Shown: positions 11,900 to 25,300 of the stretch, piece by piece | Layout of the letters: each line of letters starts with the position of its first letter | Position numbering within the stretch: position 1 is the stretch's first letter | Assembly: GCF_009834535.1 (NCBI RefSeq) | Contig: NC_045697.1 | Coordinates: forward strand, 105,526,001-105,590,000 | Source of the DNA: Camelus ferus | Taxonomy: Eukaryota | Reading direction: 5' to 3' | DNA length: 64,000 nt | The notes under the pieces: generated by a model | The model's input: only the letters and a program-made list of their open reading frames with translations | Told to the model about the DNA's origin: nothing | Database searches by the model: none | Translations under genes and position numbers: made by a program

Positions 11900-13265
11900 T
11901 TCAATTTAATTCAATTCAAAAAGTTAGACATATGCTGGGTACTTGACAATAGGCTTGGTGCTGGAGATATAAACGAGACAAGATAAATACCTTATGATTC
12001 AATAGGAGAGACCAAGATATATAGGGAAACCTTCACAGAACAAATGAAAATATGCCCCTAGAGTGTAGAAGATTAGTCTACACTGAGTTGATTCTTGGAG
12101 GATGAATAGGCTTTTAACAAAGAGCCTGAAGCATGAAAAAGCATGATATGTTGAGTCATGATGCATAGTTTATACGATTAGGAAATTGGTTGATTTGGGT
12201 GAAAAGCTAGAGATGAGACAGAAGGGGAAAGTGAGAATCATATTATAAAGGGTTTTGAATTCAACATAAAGTGAACATTGATGAGAATCCAAGCACTCGG
12301 CTAGGCTCTGAAGGTACAAAAATGAATAAAAGTCAGTACGTATTTTTAAGATGCTCTCAGTTATACAAAGTGGTGTAGGGAAGCACTGCAGACAGAGAGA
12401 ACTACAGGGACAAAAACACAGAGGCTTGACAATGCCTGTGACTTCAAGGAATGATGACAGTCCAGGACATGCTGGATGAATGAAGATACATCTTAAAAAG
12501 CAGATTGAAATGTGATTGGAACTGTTGTCTACCATATTTAGAAGCTTGGATTTTGTGCTATGATTAACAAGGGTCTATGAGGATTTTGGAGTGATGATTA
12601 ACATGGTTCATAACTGGTTTATAACTGATAATTTTGGTGGTATGATATGAATTTTGACTTGACAGGAAGGTGGGAAGAGAGATTGGAGAACAAAAGACCA
12701 GCTGAGGACTATTAAAGTAGTCCAGATAAGAGGTTTTCTGATCCAAGGCAGCCAGGTTTTGTCATTAATGGATATTGTACTATATGGGGCTTGGGAAGAC
12801 AAGGAAGGAGAATTTTTTCCTTTGCATTCTTTTTGGTGAGAGGAAGGAGGACACCATGAGTTTGAGGTATCTGGGTGGTCCAGGTGGAGCAGTGGACTGC
12901 CTGAAAATATGCATATAGAGCATAGATTAGTCTAGAGTGAAAATGACTACTTGGTGCCAGCAGCTTGTAGGGGAAAGATGAAGCGCAGTAAACAGCCAGA
13001 GATGAACTGACCCTCGGCGAAAATCAACAGTTGGAGAGGAACAAAAGAAGGGAATAGAAGAATACTAGGAAAAATGGGAGGAAATAAGGCAGTGATGAAC
13101 ACTTCAGAGGTCTAGAATCTCTCTAGGCATTAGCTCCCTGGTGGTCTAGTGGTTAGGATTCGGCACTCTTTCTCTCTCTCTCTAGACATTAGTGAGAAGA
13201 ATGTTTCAAGAGGAATGGATTGGGGAACAATGTTAAATACTGAAAAGAAGTAAAGGATGATTAAA
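11900..13265 (-). mobile_element. L2 LINE fragments (degenerate, probably several pieces)
   Basis: Purine-rich antisense L2 signatures, e.g. GGAAGAGAGATTGGAG...AGACCAGCTGAGGACTATT..AGTAGTCCAGATAAGAG and TATGCTGGGTACTTGAC..AGGC..GGTGCTGGAGATA. Confidence 0.65.
13135..13169 (+). pseudogene. Tail-less retrocopy of the 5' half of tRNA-Glu(CTC)
   Basis: TCCCTGGTGGTCTAGTGGTTAGGATTCGGCACTCT equals nt 1-35 of mammalian tRNA-Glu-CTC with one CpG-type G>A change. It stops inside the anticodon loop and is flanked by 16-bp direct repeats (13118-13133, 13177-13192). Confidence 0.92.
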
Positions 13266-13283
13266 AAACTGGGGAAAAAAAAC

Positions 13284-13378
13284 ACTCTCTAGACCAAATT
13301 CCATGAAAGCAGGGACCATATATGTGTTTGATACATATTAAGTGCTCAGTAAATATTTCTGGAATGAATGAATGGGTG
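13284..13378 (+). mobile_element. L2 3' end fragment
   Basis: CTAGACCAAATTCCATGAAAGCAGGGACCA...GTGCTCAGTAAATATTTCTGGAATGAATGAATG. Confidence 0.75.
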
Positions 13379-14332
13379 GACATTCTGGATTTACTTTAAG
13401 GCATGCCTACTGCTTCTGTTCACAAATTTACTCTTGCCTGTAGATTAGATTACCTATTTTTTCAAAATGTAACCCATATTAAACATGGATATTTCTCTGG
13501 TTTTCAAAGAAAGGAGACAGAATTAATCTAAGAGGAACACAACCATATTTTTCTAGTTAAAAAAATGGGCACTCTTTTGCATGAAAAAGGGTTTTTTCCC
13601 ATTTTTCAAATAAATGATATATTATGCATTAAACAATGGAAGATGAAATAGCACATATTTAATTTCCTATGTCATTAGAAGTATGTTCCTTTTGACCTTA
13701 ACAAGTTAAATTCAAAAGTTAATTCAATTTTCTGACTAAAGGCTATTAAGGTTCTGAAGCAAGGATTTAGATTGGATTCAAAAAGATTTTAATGAGTTGG
13801 AAGTGAGTCAAAAAACATTTACTCCTCATTTTCAAAAATGCTCCTGATTTATCATGACTTTCTCCCTAACATTTTCATAGTTTGTCCTCTATCAAAATTA
13901 AATCCTATTAGCTGATCAACTGTCATATTAATCTGAAAGTAGCCAAATGTCTTTCAAGGGGCCTAAAGCAATAATTTATAGATTATTAAAAAATATATAT
14001 CACTTGAAAGGAATTTGACTTACTCTTTTTTTTTCATAAAGTCTCTTCAAAACTGCTGCAAACAAAATACGATGTTTAAATCTGTATTATTAATTTGCAC
14101 TCTTTTGATTTTCCACTTAATATTCACATTCAGCCAGATAATGTTCAGTCTTAGATTCTCTTTGAAGGAGAGGTTTATGGAGTTAATGAATAGACTATGT
14201 GAAATTTTAGTTGGCTAACATAAACTAATTCAGAGAACATTCTGGTTTTGAATATTCCATATACACATATACTACCAATTGTAGATTAGTAGGGAACGCA
14301 GATGGCATCGTTTTAATAGTGGTTTGAGCTAC

Positions 14333-14720
14333 TCTCTTAGGTTAGTTTTTCCAGAAATGGGCTCAGAGAAGAGTGTTTGTGGCCAAGTGATTTATTAAGG
14401 AGGGACTTTTGGGAGAAGCTGGCAAGGCAGCGGGCAGGGGAGGGGGCCGGGCAAGCCAAGGCAGGGTTTCAGGCAGTGTCTGCCTTGGCCCCAGCCCCAA
14501 AGGGGAGCTCTGCAGTATCTGGTACACCTTACCCAAGGTAAAAATCTGGGTGGTCTAGTTCGGTATCAGCTAGACATTTGCTAAGGGCAGTGGTGAGGGT
14601 GGGGGAAACAGGAAGGCAAGGGGAATGCACCCCCAAAACTTTCTTCTACTTTATTTGGGCAAAGCATTGCTTCCAGTGGCCTGAGGACTGGCCTTTGAGG
14701 AGAGTCTGGGGCCCTGGCCA
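14333..14720. mobile_element. Ancient ERVL-type LTR remnant (LTR16/LTR33-like)
   Basis: TCTTAGGTTAGTTTTTCCAGAAATGGGCTCAGAGAAGAGTGTTTGTGGCCAAGTGATTTATTAAGG start, same style as the element at 304; G-rich body. Confidence 0.5.
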
Positions 14721-17700
14721 TTGGAGTCAAGAGGGGCCTGTCTAGGGGGTGGGGGGGTGGTAAGAAATGGTAGAGGATTTTTGAGGTGATCTCAGTGGAG
14801 TAAAAACAATATGCTTTATACAGTCAAACCCAATTGGCTTGAAGATATTCAGATTTCCCAGTTTCTCTGATTTCAGGTTAGTTTCTGATTCAAAAGTCCA
14901 CCCCAACAAGGTTTTCCATAACGACTAACAGTGTATTTGTTGCTTGGTTGCTCAGTTAAAAATGTTCTCTTTTCTTTACAGGCAAAACCAGGTAGAAATG
15001 CACTTAGAGACACACTAGCCGGCTAGCAGGAGCTGTTTGCTGTTGTTCCATCTTTATTTAGAGAGGCTCTTCCCCGTCCTAGCACAAGCTAGCCCACGTG
15101 ACGTGTTTCCGAAGCAGAAATGGGTACGTGATTCACCGAGATAACTTCCATATTGACAAGTGGCCATTTTTCTCATTCAGCAGAGTTTTTCCCAGATCCA
15201 CACGAAGTTTGTTTTGCTTCTATTATGGTCGATCACTTTTCTTATCTTCGTTTTGCTAGGATATTTGTTGGTACAAATAAATAAAATAAAAAAGTCACAG
15301 AAAAGGATTTGGTGATGGTTTAGCTCAAAAGCACTTCATAAAAATCTCTACATCATTCATTTCTCTTTATTAAGAGTATGAGAAGTTAGTGGGCACAAAA
15401 TTTCCTTCATGATTTGGAGTAACTGCTGGGAGGATTAAGAGAAGTCATTTAAAAGATGTGCTAGCTTTGCTTTTGGGAAAAGAGTGATATTCTGAGCTCC
15501 GGTGTCCTTGGAAACAATTCAAATTTTGATGGAAGAAAATACCACGAGATCTTAAGATTATAGCTGGTATTTGTTGCTTCCACTGAGAACACCTGTAGAT
15601 TCAAGTATTTCACTCCTGCATTGACAAACCACAGACAACAGGCAATCCACACTGGAGATGGGCAGTCATTTCTATCACAGTAAGCCCTGGTCATCTTCTC
15701 CTGCCTTCTACTACACAAAACAAACGTCAAGTCAGGTCTGATTTACCCCTTAGGGTGATGATACAATCCCATCTCATTCTCTCCTTCCCCCACCCTTGCT
15801 CCTTCCCATATTTATCTGGTGCAAGAGGAAGGAAAGAGAAGAAAGTTCATTCAGAAGAAATTAAATTCATTTCTTCTCCTGAAAACATGACGTTGTCTTA
15901 GCTTGCATGAGAGTGTTTCCATTTTGTTTTGTGCAGGGAGTTTACGCACTTACTTGAAGCAAAAAGGTTTTCTTCTTATTTGTTGACTGTTTTTCCTCAC
16001 CCTCAAATGTTAGCAAAAATGACTTTAAAAAACACCAATCGCATACCCTTCTTATTGCCCAAAATTGTAGGTGCCAAGTAAGATATTGCAGGATAGGGTG
16101 GGATGGAGACCACTGCAAAGCAGCAGAGGGAGCAGAGGGCAAAATCTTCTAGATATTTGAGGTGAGTGGTTCAGCGACACCAGGATGATGTACTTGACTT
16201 TGGACTTGTTATCAGTGAAGGTGAAAGAAAACTTATTTTGGTTTCTTTCCTCCTCTGCCATCAGTCTCTGATCCCTCTGACCAGAAGAATGGGACACAAG
16301 CTGGAAGGAACTTGGCTCAGTTTATCCCCGCTCATTCTGGCCTTTTCTTTCGAAATTCCAATCAGAAATCACACCTTTCAGAAGAAGACTTTAAATGTGA
16401 AAGGTCTCTCATCTAAAGGCTGGGAAAAGGTGATTGGGAAGTGATACGACTGATGCAGAATGGTGGAGTGGAATGGACTTAGACAAATGACGGAAATGGA
16501 CTTAGACACCACACCTGGCCCCGAGTTGCCCGTGGACAATTATATTTATTGACACTGTGCCTTCCAAGTGGAGTGAAAATGATGTTAGAAGTGACAGCAG
16601 CATCTCTGTCCTCTAAATGATGGAGAACCCTGGTAAGGGAGAGGGTGGGAAGCCAGGCTGCGGCGACCATCCCTTTCCTCCCCTCTTCTGTCTCACTCTT
16701 TGTTCCTTTCCATCTAAGCATCTTCCTTCTCATTTCCTGGTGGTGATTTTGATGGGACATGTTTTGGGTCCCACAACATCTACCTCTGTGGCCAAATTGC
16801 TGTTTGACAGCAGGAAAATCACGGTCGCTCTTAAGGACCCCTTTCATCACTCTAAAGCAAGGAGGCTAGTCCTTGCCTTCTTGCTGCCTCATAAGAATTT
16901 GAGGAGGAAGGAGAAAGTGTGCACAGAATGTTCAAGACATCCAGGGAAGAGGTACTGCATCCCACAGGTTGTCTACCTATCTCATGGGGATGTTATGAAC
17001 TAACTGAGATCACATGTTTGAAAATGTTTTGAGTTCCATGAAACACAAGCAGTGTGTGCATTTGAGCTACAATGATTTATGTGTCTAAAGCTGTATTTTA
17101 CTTAGCATGTTTATTCACTTTATTAATTCTATAGCAGACTCCACATGGGCACTGATTCAATAGTGGAAAAAAGAGATTGTGTTTAAAACAAATTCCCAAG
17201 GAAATATACAGGCATCCAATAAATATTGCATATCATGTCTACATTACCACCACCAGGCTGTCTATTGTCATTTATATTTTCCTTCCAATGAGGAGGGAGG
17301 TGGGAGCGGTGGTCACCGAGGGGAGAGCAATGAGAGGGTAATGTCAGACTCATTTATATTTAAGTGATTCCTGTCTCCTAGTGTTCAACCTGCTCAAAAT
17401 GCCTCCAAACTTTAACACACTGAAATGTCTCTTTTGGAATGACCCATCAGTGTAATGGACTTGAATTCTCTGCAACAGAATGAAAAGCTTTTTTTTTTTT
17501 TTTTTTAAATCACAGTTTTATGGAAATCCATTTTAAGAAACATAGGTCATCCAGATCAACCCCCTCCAATGCCCAGGCACATTCCAAAGCACCATGAAAA
17601 AAAGTCTGAATATTGCATGTTGGAAATTTATTGTAATTAGCATATTACTTTTAGACAGGCCAACAGAAAACAACACAGACTAATTTAATCAACAAAATAT

Positions 17701-17899
17701 TTTGGGGGGAAGCTGGAGAGCCCACATAACCTAAGAAAGAGCTACACCAGCAGACTTTGAGAAGGACAGGAGTATCTGCTTCTGCCATCTGAAAAGAACT
17801 ATTACTCAACACCTCAGTGTGTAGCACATCATCACATTCTTCTAAGCAAGGGGGCTTTCTTGTTTCACTTTATTTTCTGCTGTATCCTTGATCTCCATT

Positions 17900-18870
17900 C
17901 TTTTCACCTCCATACACAACCAATCTAATACTTTCAATACATGTTCTTGTGTGTATAAAATATATAGTATTTTTGGTGTGTGTATATATATATACATGAT
18001 ATAAATTCATTATATATATAGTTAAGCTGTTTGTAACTAGTATTAGTTGTTTGTACTAGTAACTAGCTAATAATCTAATTTTGTTTTTTTCAAGTTATTC
18101 TCATGCCACATGGCCCATGTATATCTAATGCATTACATCCGCTTTGTAGTATTTCATTACATGCATTCACTGTTACTGTATTTATCTATTCTTCTAGTGA
18201 TAAATATATAAAGCAGTGCCAAATCCTACCAACAATGACAAACCTCTTGATTGCACATGTATTTTGTTGGACTTTCAAGAGTTTTTTGGGGAAGTTCCTA
18301 TTACAGTGAGATTAAGATACGAAAATTCATAATTTCACTAAGTATAAACTACTTTGCAGAAAGATCTTACACTTAACCACTCCCATCAGTTCTGTATAAA
18401 AGCTCTTATTTGTCCATATTCTCTTCAAAACTTGGTGTTATTCAACTTTCTAAATATGTACATTTACACATATAGAAATAGCGACATATATTTATATACA
18501 TTTTATATATACATGTATTTTTTGCCCCTGATCACCAAGATGTTCCCCTATACTTTCTTCTATTTGCTTTGTCTTTTTAACTCCATTTGAAATAAATATT
18601 TGCTTTTAATTTTGCCTTTCTCCATGTAAACTAGTTTTTTCAAGACCATCTACTAAATAAGCCATCTTTCATCATTTCTCAGTTATTTTTGGTGTCAACT
18701 TAATAGTACAGCAGGTCACATATATATTTTAAGCACTCTGTTTTGTTCCCTTGATCTGTCTGTTTTTGTACCTATGCCACACTGCTTCAAATTATTGTAG
18801 CTTGTGGCATGCTTTAATATCTGTGAGATTAAGTCCTTGCTCTTTGTTTTCCCTTTTTTTCTGAAACTGA
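17900..18870 (-). mobile_element. Old L1 (L1ME-like) fragments
   Basis: T-rich antisense L1 ORF2/3'UTR-like text, e.g. CTCTGTTTTGTTCCCTTGATCTGTCTGTTTTTGTACCTATGCCACACTGCTTCAAATTATTGTAGC. Confidence 0.65.
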
Positions 18871-19225
18871 CCTAACGGCCAACTAGCTATTCATATGGAA
18901 AGAAAGGAAAATATGCCCTCTTATACAAAATAAAAAACTCCAGACAAATAAGAGCTTAGAAATAATAATAAAAAAAAAACTTGGCCAAAAATCTATGAGA
19001 ATAAATGCAGAACAGATGGATTAACTGAGATCTTCCTAGCAATACTGGAAATCTATAGGCTATAAAATAGGAGATAGAAATAACTGACTACATAGAAATT
19101 TAAAATTTTGTATGGCAAAACATTCTGTAAAGTATCAATAGGCAATGATGGAACAAGAAAAATACATTTGTAACTCAGATGACAAAGTATTAATTTCTAC
19201 ATTACTCAAAATAAACAATTCAATT

Positions 19226-20487
19226 AAAAATGGATTAAAGACTTAAATGTAAGACAAGACATTATAAAACTCTTAGAAGAAAACATAGGAAAAATTTCTC
19301 TAACATAATCTTAGCCATGTTCTTCTAGAGCACTCTACCCAGGCAATAGAAATAAAAGCAAAAATAAACAAATGAGACCTAATTAAACTTATAAGCTTTT
19401 GCATAGCAAAGGGAATCATAGGCAAAACAAAATGACAACTTGCAGAATGGGAGAAAATATTTGCAAATGATGGAACTGACAAAGGCTTGATTTCCAGAAT
19501 ATATAAATAGCTCATACAACTTAATAAGAAAAAAACAAACAACCCAATCCAAAAATGAGCTGAAGAGCTAAACAAGCAATTCTCCAGTGAAGACATACAA
19601 ATGGTCAATAGGCACATGAAAAAATGCTCAATATTGCTAATTGTCAGAGAAATGCAAATCAAAACTATAATGAGGTATCACCTCACACCAGTCAGAATGG
19701 CCATCATTCAAAAGTCCACAAATGATAAATGTTGGAGAGGGTGTGGGGAAAAGGGAACCCTCCTGCACCATGGGTGGGAATGTAGTTTGGTGCAGCCATA
19801 TGGAAAACAATATGAAGATTCCTCAAAAGACTAAAAATAGGCTTACCATATGATCCAGCAATCCTACTCCTGGGCATATATCTGGAGGGGACTCTAATTC
19901 AAAAAGATACATGCACCCCAATGTTCATAGCAGTACTATTTACAGTAGCCAAGACAAGGAATAACCTAAATGACCATCAACAGATGTCTGGATAAAGAAG
20001 TTGTGGTATATTTATACAATGGAATACTACTCAGCAATAAAAAGGAATAAAATAATGCCATTTGCAGCAACATGAATGGACCTAGAGATTGTCATTCTAA
20101 GTGAAGTAAGCCAGAGAGATAAAGAAAAATACCATATGATAACACTTGTATGTGGAATCTAAAAAAGAAAGAAAAAAGAGGATACTAATGAACTCATCTA
20201 CAAAAGAAACAGACTCACAGACATAGTAAACAATCTTATGGTTACTGGGGAAAAGGGGTGGGAAGGGATAAATGGGAGTTTGAGATTTGCAAATGTTATC
20301 TACTATATATAAAAATAGATAAAAAATTTCTTCTGAATAGCACAAGGAACTATATTCAATACCTTATAATAACCTTTAGCAAAAAAGAATATGAAAACAA
20401 ATATATGTATATATGTGCATGACTGGGACAATATGCTGTACACTAGAAATTGACACATTATAATTGACTATACTTCAATTAAAAAAT
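19226..20487 (+). mobile_element. Relatively young 5'-truncated L1 (ORF2 C-terminus + complete 3'UTR)
   Basis: ORF 19601..19834 reads [53 protein letters not shown] (L1 ORF2 C-terminal Cys-rich region); the 3'UTR ends GACTATACTTCAATTAAAAAA. In-frame stops are present. Confidence 0.95.
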
Positions 20488-20740
20488 AGATGTAAGATAT
20501 TAATAGATAATTCAGAAAATGACAAATTTAAATAGCCAACAAATGTGAATAGTTGTGTACATTCAAGAAGACAGAGAAAGCCACATTAAAGAGACAATGA
20601 AATATACATTATACTCATTGGACAGGGATACAGAGGAAAGAGCAGTATGATACATTTTGGTGGTGGGAATGTTACAATGTGTAGAATTTTGGGAAAGAAA
20701 TATGGCAATGTCTATGGAAACTAAAAACAAATCTTCTCTC

Positions 20741-22217
20741 AGTCAACTAATATTTGACAAAGGAGCCAAGAATGTTCAATGGAGACAAGACAGTCTCTTA
20801 AAAAAATTTTCCCGGGAAAACTGGATATTCTCACATAAAAGAATGATACTTGACCCTATCTTACACCTCTCACAGAGATTAACTCAAAATGGATTAAAGA
20901 CTTAAATGTAAGGTCTGAAATCATGAAACTGTTAGACGAAAACACAGAACAAAAATTCCTTGACATGGTCTTTGTAGTGAATTTTTGGAAAACACACCGA
21001 AAGCACAAGCAACAAAATAAAAAATAAACAAGTAGGACTACATCAAACTAAAAAGCTTTTGCACAGCCAAAGAGATCATCAACAAACTGAAAAGACAACC
21101 TGCAGAAGGGGAAAAATATTTGCAAAGCATATATCTGATAAAGGGTTAATATCCAAAATATATAAAGAACTCATGCGACTTGAAAGAAAAAAAATAACAC
21201 CCAAGTAATACAATTAAAAAATGGGCAAAGGATATGAATAGATATTTTTCCAACAAGACATATGAATGGTCAATAATTACATGAAAAGATGTTTAACATC
21301 ACTAGTCATTATAGAAATGCAAATTAAAACCAAAATGAGACATCACTTCGTGTCTGTTAGAATGGCTATTATCAAAAAGACGAGAGATAGCAAAAGTTGG
21401 GTGGATGCGGAGTAGAGGGAAGCCTGTGCAATCTTGGTGGGGTTGTAAATTGGCACAGCCACCTTGGGAAACAGTATGGAAGTGCCTAAAAAAATTAAAA
21501 ATATTACCATATAATCCAGCAATTTTACTACTGGGAATGTATTTTTAAAAATGAAAACACTAACTCGGAAAAATATCTGTACCCCTGAGTTCAGAGACAC
21601 ATTATTTACAATAGCCAAGACATGGCAACAACCTAACTGTCCATTGGTGGATGAATGGATAAAGAAGTTGTGGTATAAATATATAATTCAGCAACAAAAG
21701 ATGAGAAAATCCTATCATTTGTGACAACATGGATGGACCTTGAAGACATTGTGCTAAATGAAATGTCAGACAGAGAAAGACAAATGCTGTATAATCTCAT
21801 TTATATGTTGAATCTGAAAAGCAAATGAACAAAAAATCCAAGAACACCAAACTCATGAAACAGAGATCAGATATGTGGTTACCAGAGGCAGGGAGTGGGG
21901 AGAGCTGAAATTGAAGAAAAGCGGTCAAAAGCTATAAGCTTCCAGTTTTAAGATAACTAAGTACTAGGGATATAATATTGAACATGATGACTACAGTTAT
22001 GATATATAGGAAAGCTGTTCAGAGAATAGATCCTACAAGTTCTCATCACAAGGTGAGATCTTTTTTCTTTTTATTCTATCCATATGAGATGATGGATGTT
22101 AACTAAACTATTGTGGTAGTCATTTTACAATATATGTCAATCAAACCATCATGCTGTACACTTTAAACTTAAATTGCAGTGTATGTCAATTATTTCCCAG
22201 GAAAACTGGAAAAAAAA
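20741..22217 (+). mobile_element. 5'-truncated L1 (L1MA/L1MB-like ORF2 end + 3'UTR)
   Basis: Translation SQLIFDKGAKNVQWRQDSLL..ENW (ORF2); 3'UTR with GTTCTCATCACAAG...ATGCTGTACACTTTAAACTT...A-tail. Confidence 0.92.
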
Positions 22218-22374
22218 TACATATTCTCTTCTACTCAGTGCTTCTGCTTCCAGAATCTTTATTATAGAAATAAAAGTAAAATCTTGCCCATAAAAATAGA
22301 AGTACAAATTTGTATGAATTTACAATTTACAAGGATGTTTGTTGCAGCATTGTTTATACTTACTAAAAACTAGA

Positions 22375-25300
22375 ATGTGTGTCTGAGAGGAAGACACAGA
22401 GGTAAAGTGGCATTCTCCTCGCATCATATCAAGGGGACATTTTATCAGTATAACCCATCAGTGTGGATATTAACCTTGACCAACTGTCTTGAAATAGTGC
22501 TTGTCAAGTTTCTCCATTGTGAAGTTACCCTTTTCTCTCTTTCCCTACTGTACCCTCTATGCACAGCGCACACTTAAGGGGTAGAGAGTTATGCTCCACT
22601 TCCTTAAGGGTGGAGTATCAACGTAAATTATTTGGAGTTCTGCATGGGAGACTTATCTATTCTCCGCATTTATTTATTCAGTTATTTATTTATGTCAGTA
22701 TGGACTCAAGTATATATATACTTTGGGTTATAATCCAATACTACTTCATTTTGTTACTAAAGTTATTCTAACTCTGGCCTTTGGGAACCCTTTCAGTTGG
22801 CTCCTGTATTCCTTTGCTGTATCTTATCAACGAAGGTCTTTTTTTTTTTTTTTTTTTTTTTTTAAGTATTTTCTTATTTTCTACTGCTGAAAGATATTTC
22901 AGGCTCATCTTGCAGATTTCTTGATCCAGTCCTAGAATCAACCATTTCTCCAAGGAACGCTGGTTTCTTTAATTGGAGAATGGTATTAGAAACCAAGATT
23001 TTGGTCCTAGGTGTTCTTGTTGCTAATGGGTGTCATTGCTTCTAGGACCGCTCAGTGGACAAAGCAAGAAAATATATGTGAGTATAGTAACCATATATAT
23101 ATGCATAACAATAAATATTTCTATGTTACCATCTGTATCTATATTCAGCTAAATATGAGTTCATATTGATGTCTCCAACTCTAGTGCATTACACCAGTCA
23201 TTCTAGAGTTCTCCCCCTGCTTATCTGTAACTCTGGCAATGAGAAAATCTGGCTCACGTGGTTTGCCATTCTTTGTCCTGCCTGATAAACTGTAGAATCA
23301 ATTTGTCTACTCTCTATGAAATAGATTGATGAGATTTTAATTAGGATTGCACTAAATCAATAAATCAAGTTGTGAAGAATTGACGTCTTAATAATACTGA
23401 GTCTTCAAATCCATGAACACAGAATATCTTCCTCCGTTTTTTAGGGCTTCTTTGATTTCTTTTATCAGTAGTAATTTTTTATATTTTGTAGTTTTTCATA
23501 TATACATTCTGTACATTTATTTTTAGATTTATACCTTAGTATTTCAGTTTGTTAGGTGCTATCATAAATGCTTTTGAATAAAATGTTCAAATTCATTGTT
23601 AGTATATAGGAACTCAGTTGGCATTTTATTAACTATTTTGTATTAACCACGTGTCCTGCAACTTTGCCATGCTCACTTATTAGTTCCAAGAGATTTTTCT
23701 TATTGTTGCGCTTTGGGATTTTCTATGTAGACAATGATGTCATCTGTAAACAGAGAGTTTTATTTCTTCATTTTCAATCGCTATGACTCTTTTTTTTCTT
23801 ATTTTATTGCTCAGTTCCAGTGCAACATTGAATAGGAGTGGGAGAGAGGACATACTTCTTTTGTTCTTATCTTAGGAGGAACGCATCCAATTTCCCACCA
23901 TTAAGTGTAATGTTAGCTATAGGTTTTTAATAGATATTTGTTATCAAGTTGAGGAATTTTCCTTTATTATCACTTTGCTTGAAGTTTTTTAAATCACGTA
24001 TAGATGTTGGATTTTGTCAAGTAATTTTTCTGTATCAATTGATATGATAATATGATTGTTCTTTAATCTACTGATGTAATTGACTACACTGATTTATTTT
24101 TAAATGTGGAGCCAGCCTTGTATGCCTGGAGTAAGTATCATTTAGTTGTGGTATGTAACTTTTTGTACACATTGTTGGATTCAGTTTGGTAATATTTTGT
24201 TAAGGATTCTTCCATCTGTGTTTCTGAAAGACATGGTCCGTTTTTTGTTTTTTGTTTTGTCTGTATCTGACTTTGGTAGTACGGTAACACTGGTTTCAAA
24301 AAAATGAATTAGGAAGTATTGTTTCTGCTTCTATCTTCTTGAAGAGATTGTGGAGAATTGATATCCTTTCTTTCTTGAATATTTTGTAAAGTTCACCACT
24401 GAAACCATCTGGACCAGGTATTTTCTTTCTGGGGAGGCTATGAAATATTAATTAAATATATTATATATAATATATATATATATATTAAGGCTACTTCTCC
24501 TTGTGTGGGTTTTAGTTGCTTGTGTCTTTGCAAGAATTGCTCCATTTCATCTAAATCATCAAGTTTGTTACTCATAATATTTCTTTATTATCCTCTCAAT
24601 GGCTATGGGATTAGTAATGATGATCCCTCTTTCATTTTTGACATTGGTCATTTGTGTCTTTGCCTTCTTCTTGGTTAGTCTGACTAGAGGTTTATTAATT
24701 TCACTCATCATTTTGAAGAACCAGCTGTTGGTTTCATTGATTTTCTCTACTCTTTTCTTGTTTTCAGTTTTATAGAATCTGGCTCTACTTTTATCATTCC
24801 TTTTCTTTTGCTGGCTTTAGGCTTAAATATTCTTTCTCCATTTTTCTATGGTGGAAGTTTAGTTTATGGATTTAAAATTTTTCTTTATTTATAAAAATGT
24901 ATGCATTTAATGCTATTGATTTCCCTCTAAGCACTGCCTTTACTGCATTCCACAGATTTTTACAAAAGTTTCATTTTCACTTTCATTTAGTTCAATTCTC
25001 TTGAGAAGTTTTTAACCCAGGTACTATCTTAAAGTGTGGTGTTTAATTTCCATATATTTTGAGATATTCCAGATATCTTTCTTTGATTTTTAGTTTAATT
25101 TTATTGTGGTCTGAGGACATGCTTTATATGATTTCTATTCTTTCAAATTTGCTAAGGTATATTTTATAGCCAGAATGTCATTTATCGTGGTGTTTCATGT
25201 GAGCCTGAGAGGAATGTGTTAACTGATGGTGTTGGACAGAGTGATCTATAAACGTCAGTTAGATCAAGTTGATTGATAGTGCTGTTCAAGACAACTGTAT

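Larger units (their letters stand above)
18875..22373 (+). mobile_element. Old sense L1 (L1ME-like ORF2 end), interrupted twice by younger L1s
   Basis: Degenerate ORF2 text in three collinear pieces (~18875-19225, ~20488-20740, ~22218-22373; the last reads TRMFVAALFI). Confidence 0.6.

Noticed and set aside
13135..13206. Functional tRNA-Glu gene
   Set aside because: The 3' half, B box and acceptor-stem partner are absent, so it cannot fold or be transcribed as a tRNA.
14432..14451. G-quadruplex motif GGGCAGGGGAGGGGGCCGGG
   Set aside because: A single motif inside a decayed LTR with no supporting context.
16472..16508. 14-bp direct repeat AATGGACTTAGACA with 23-bp period
   Set aside because: Only two copies; an ordinary local duplication, not an array or CRISPR-like structure.
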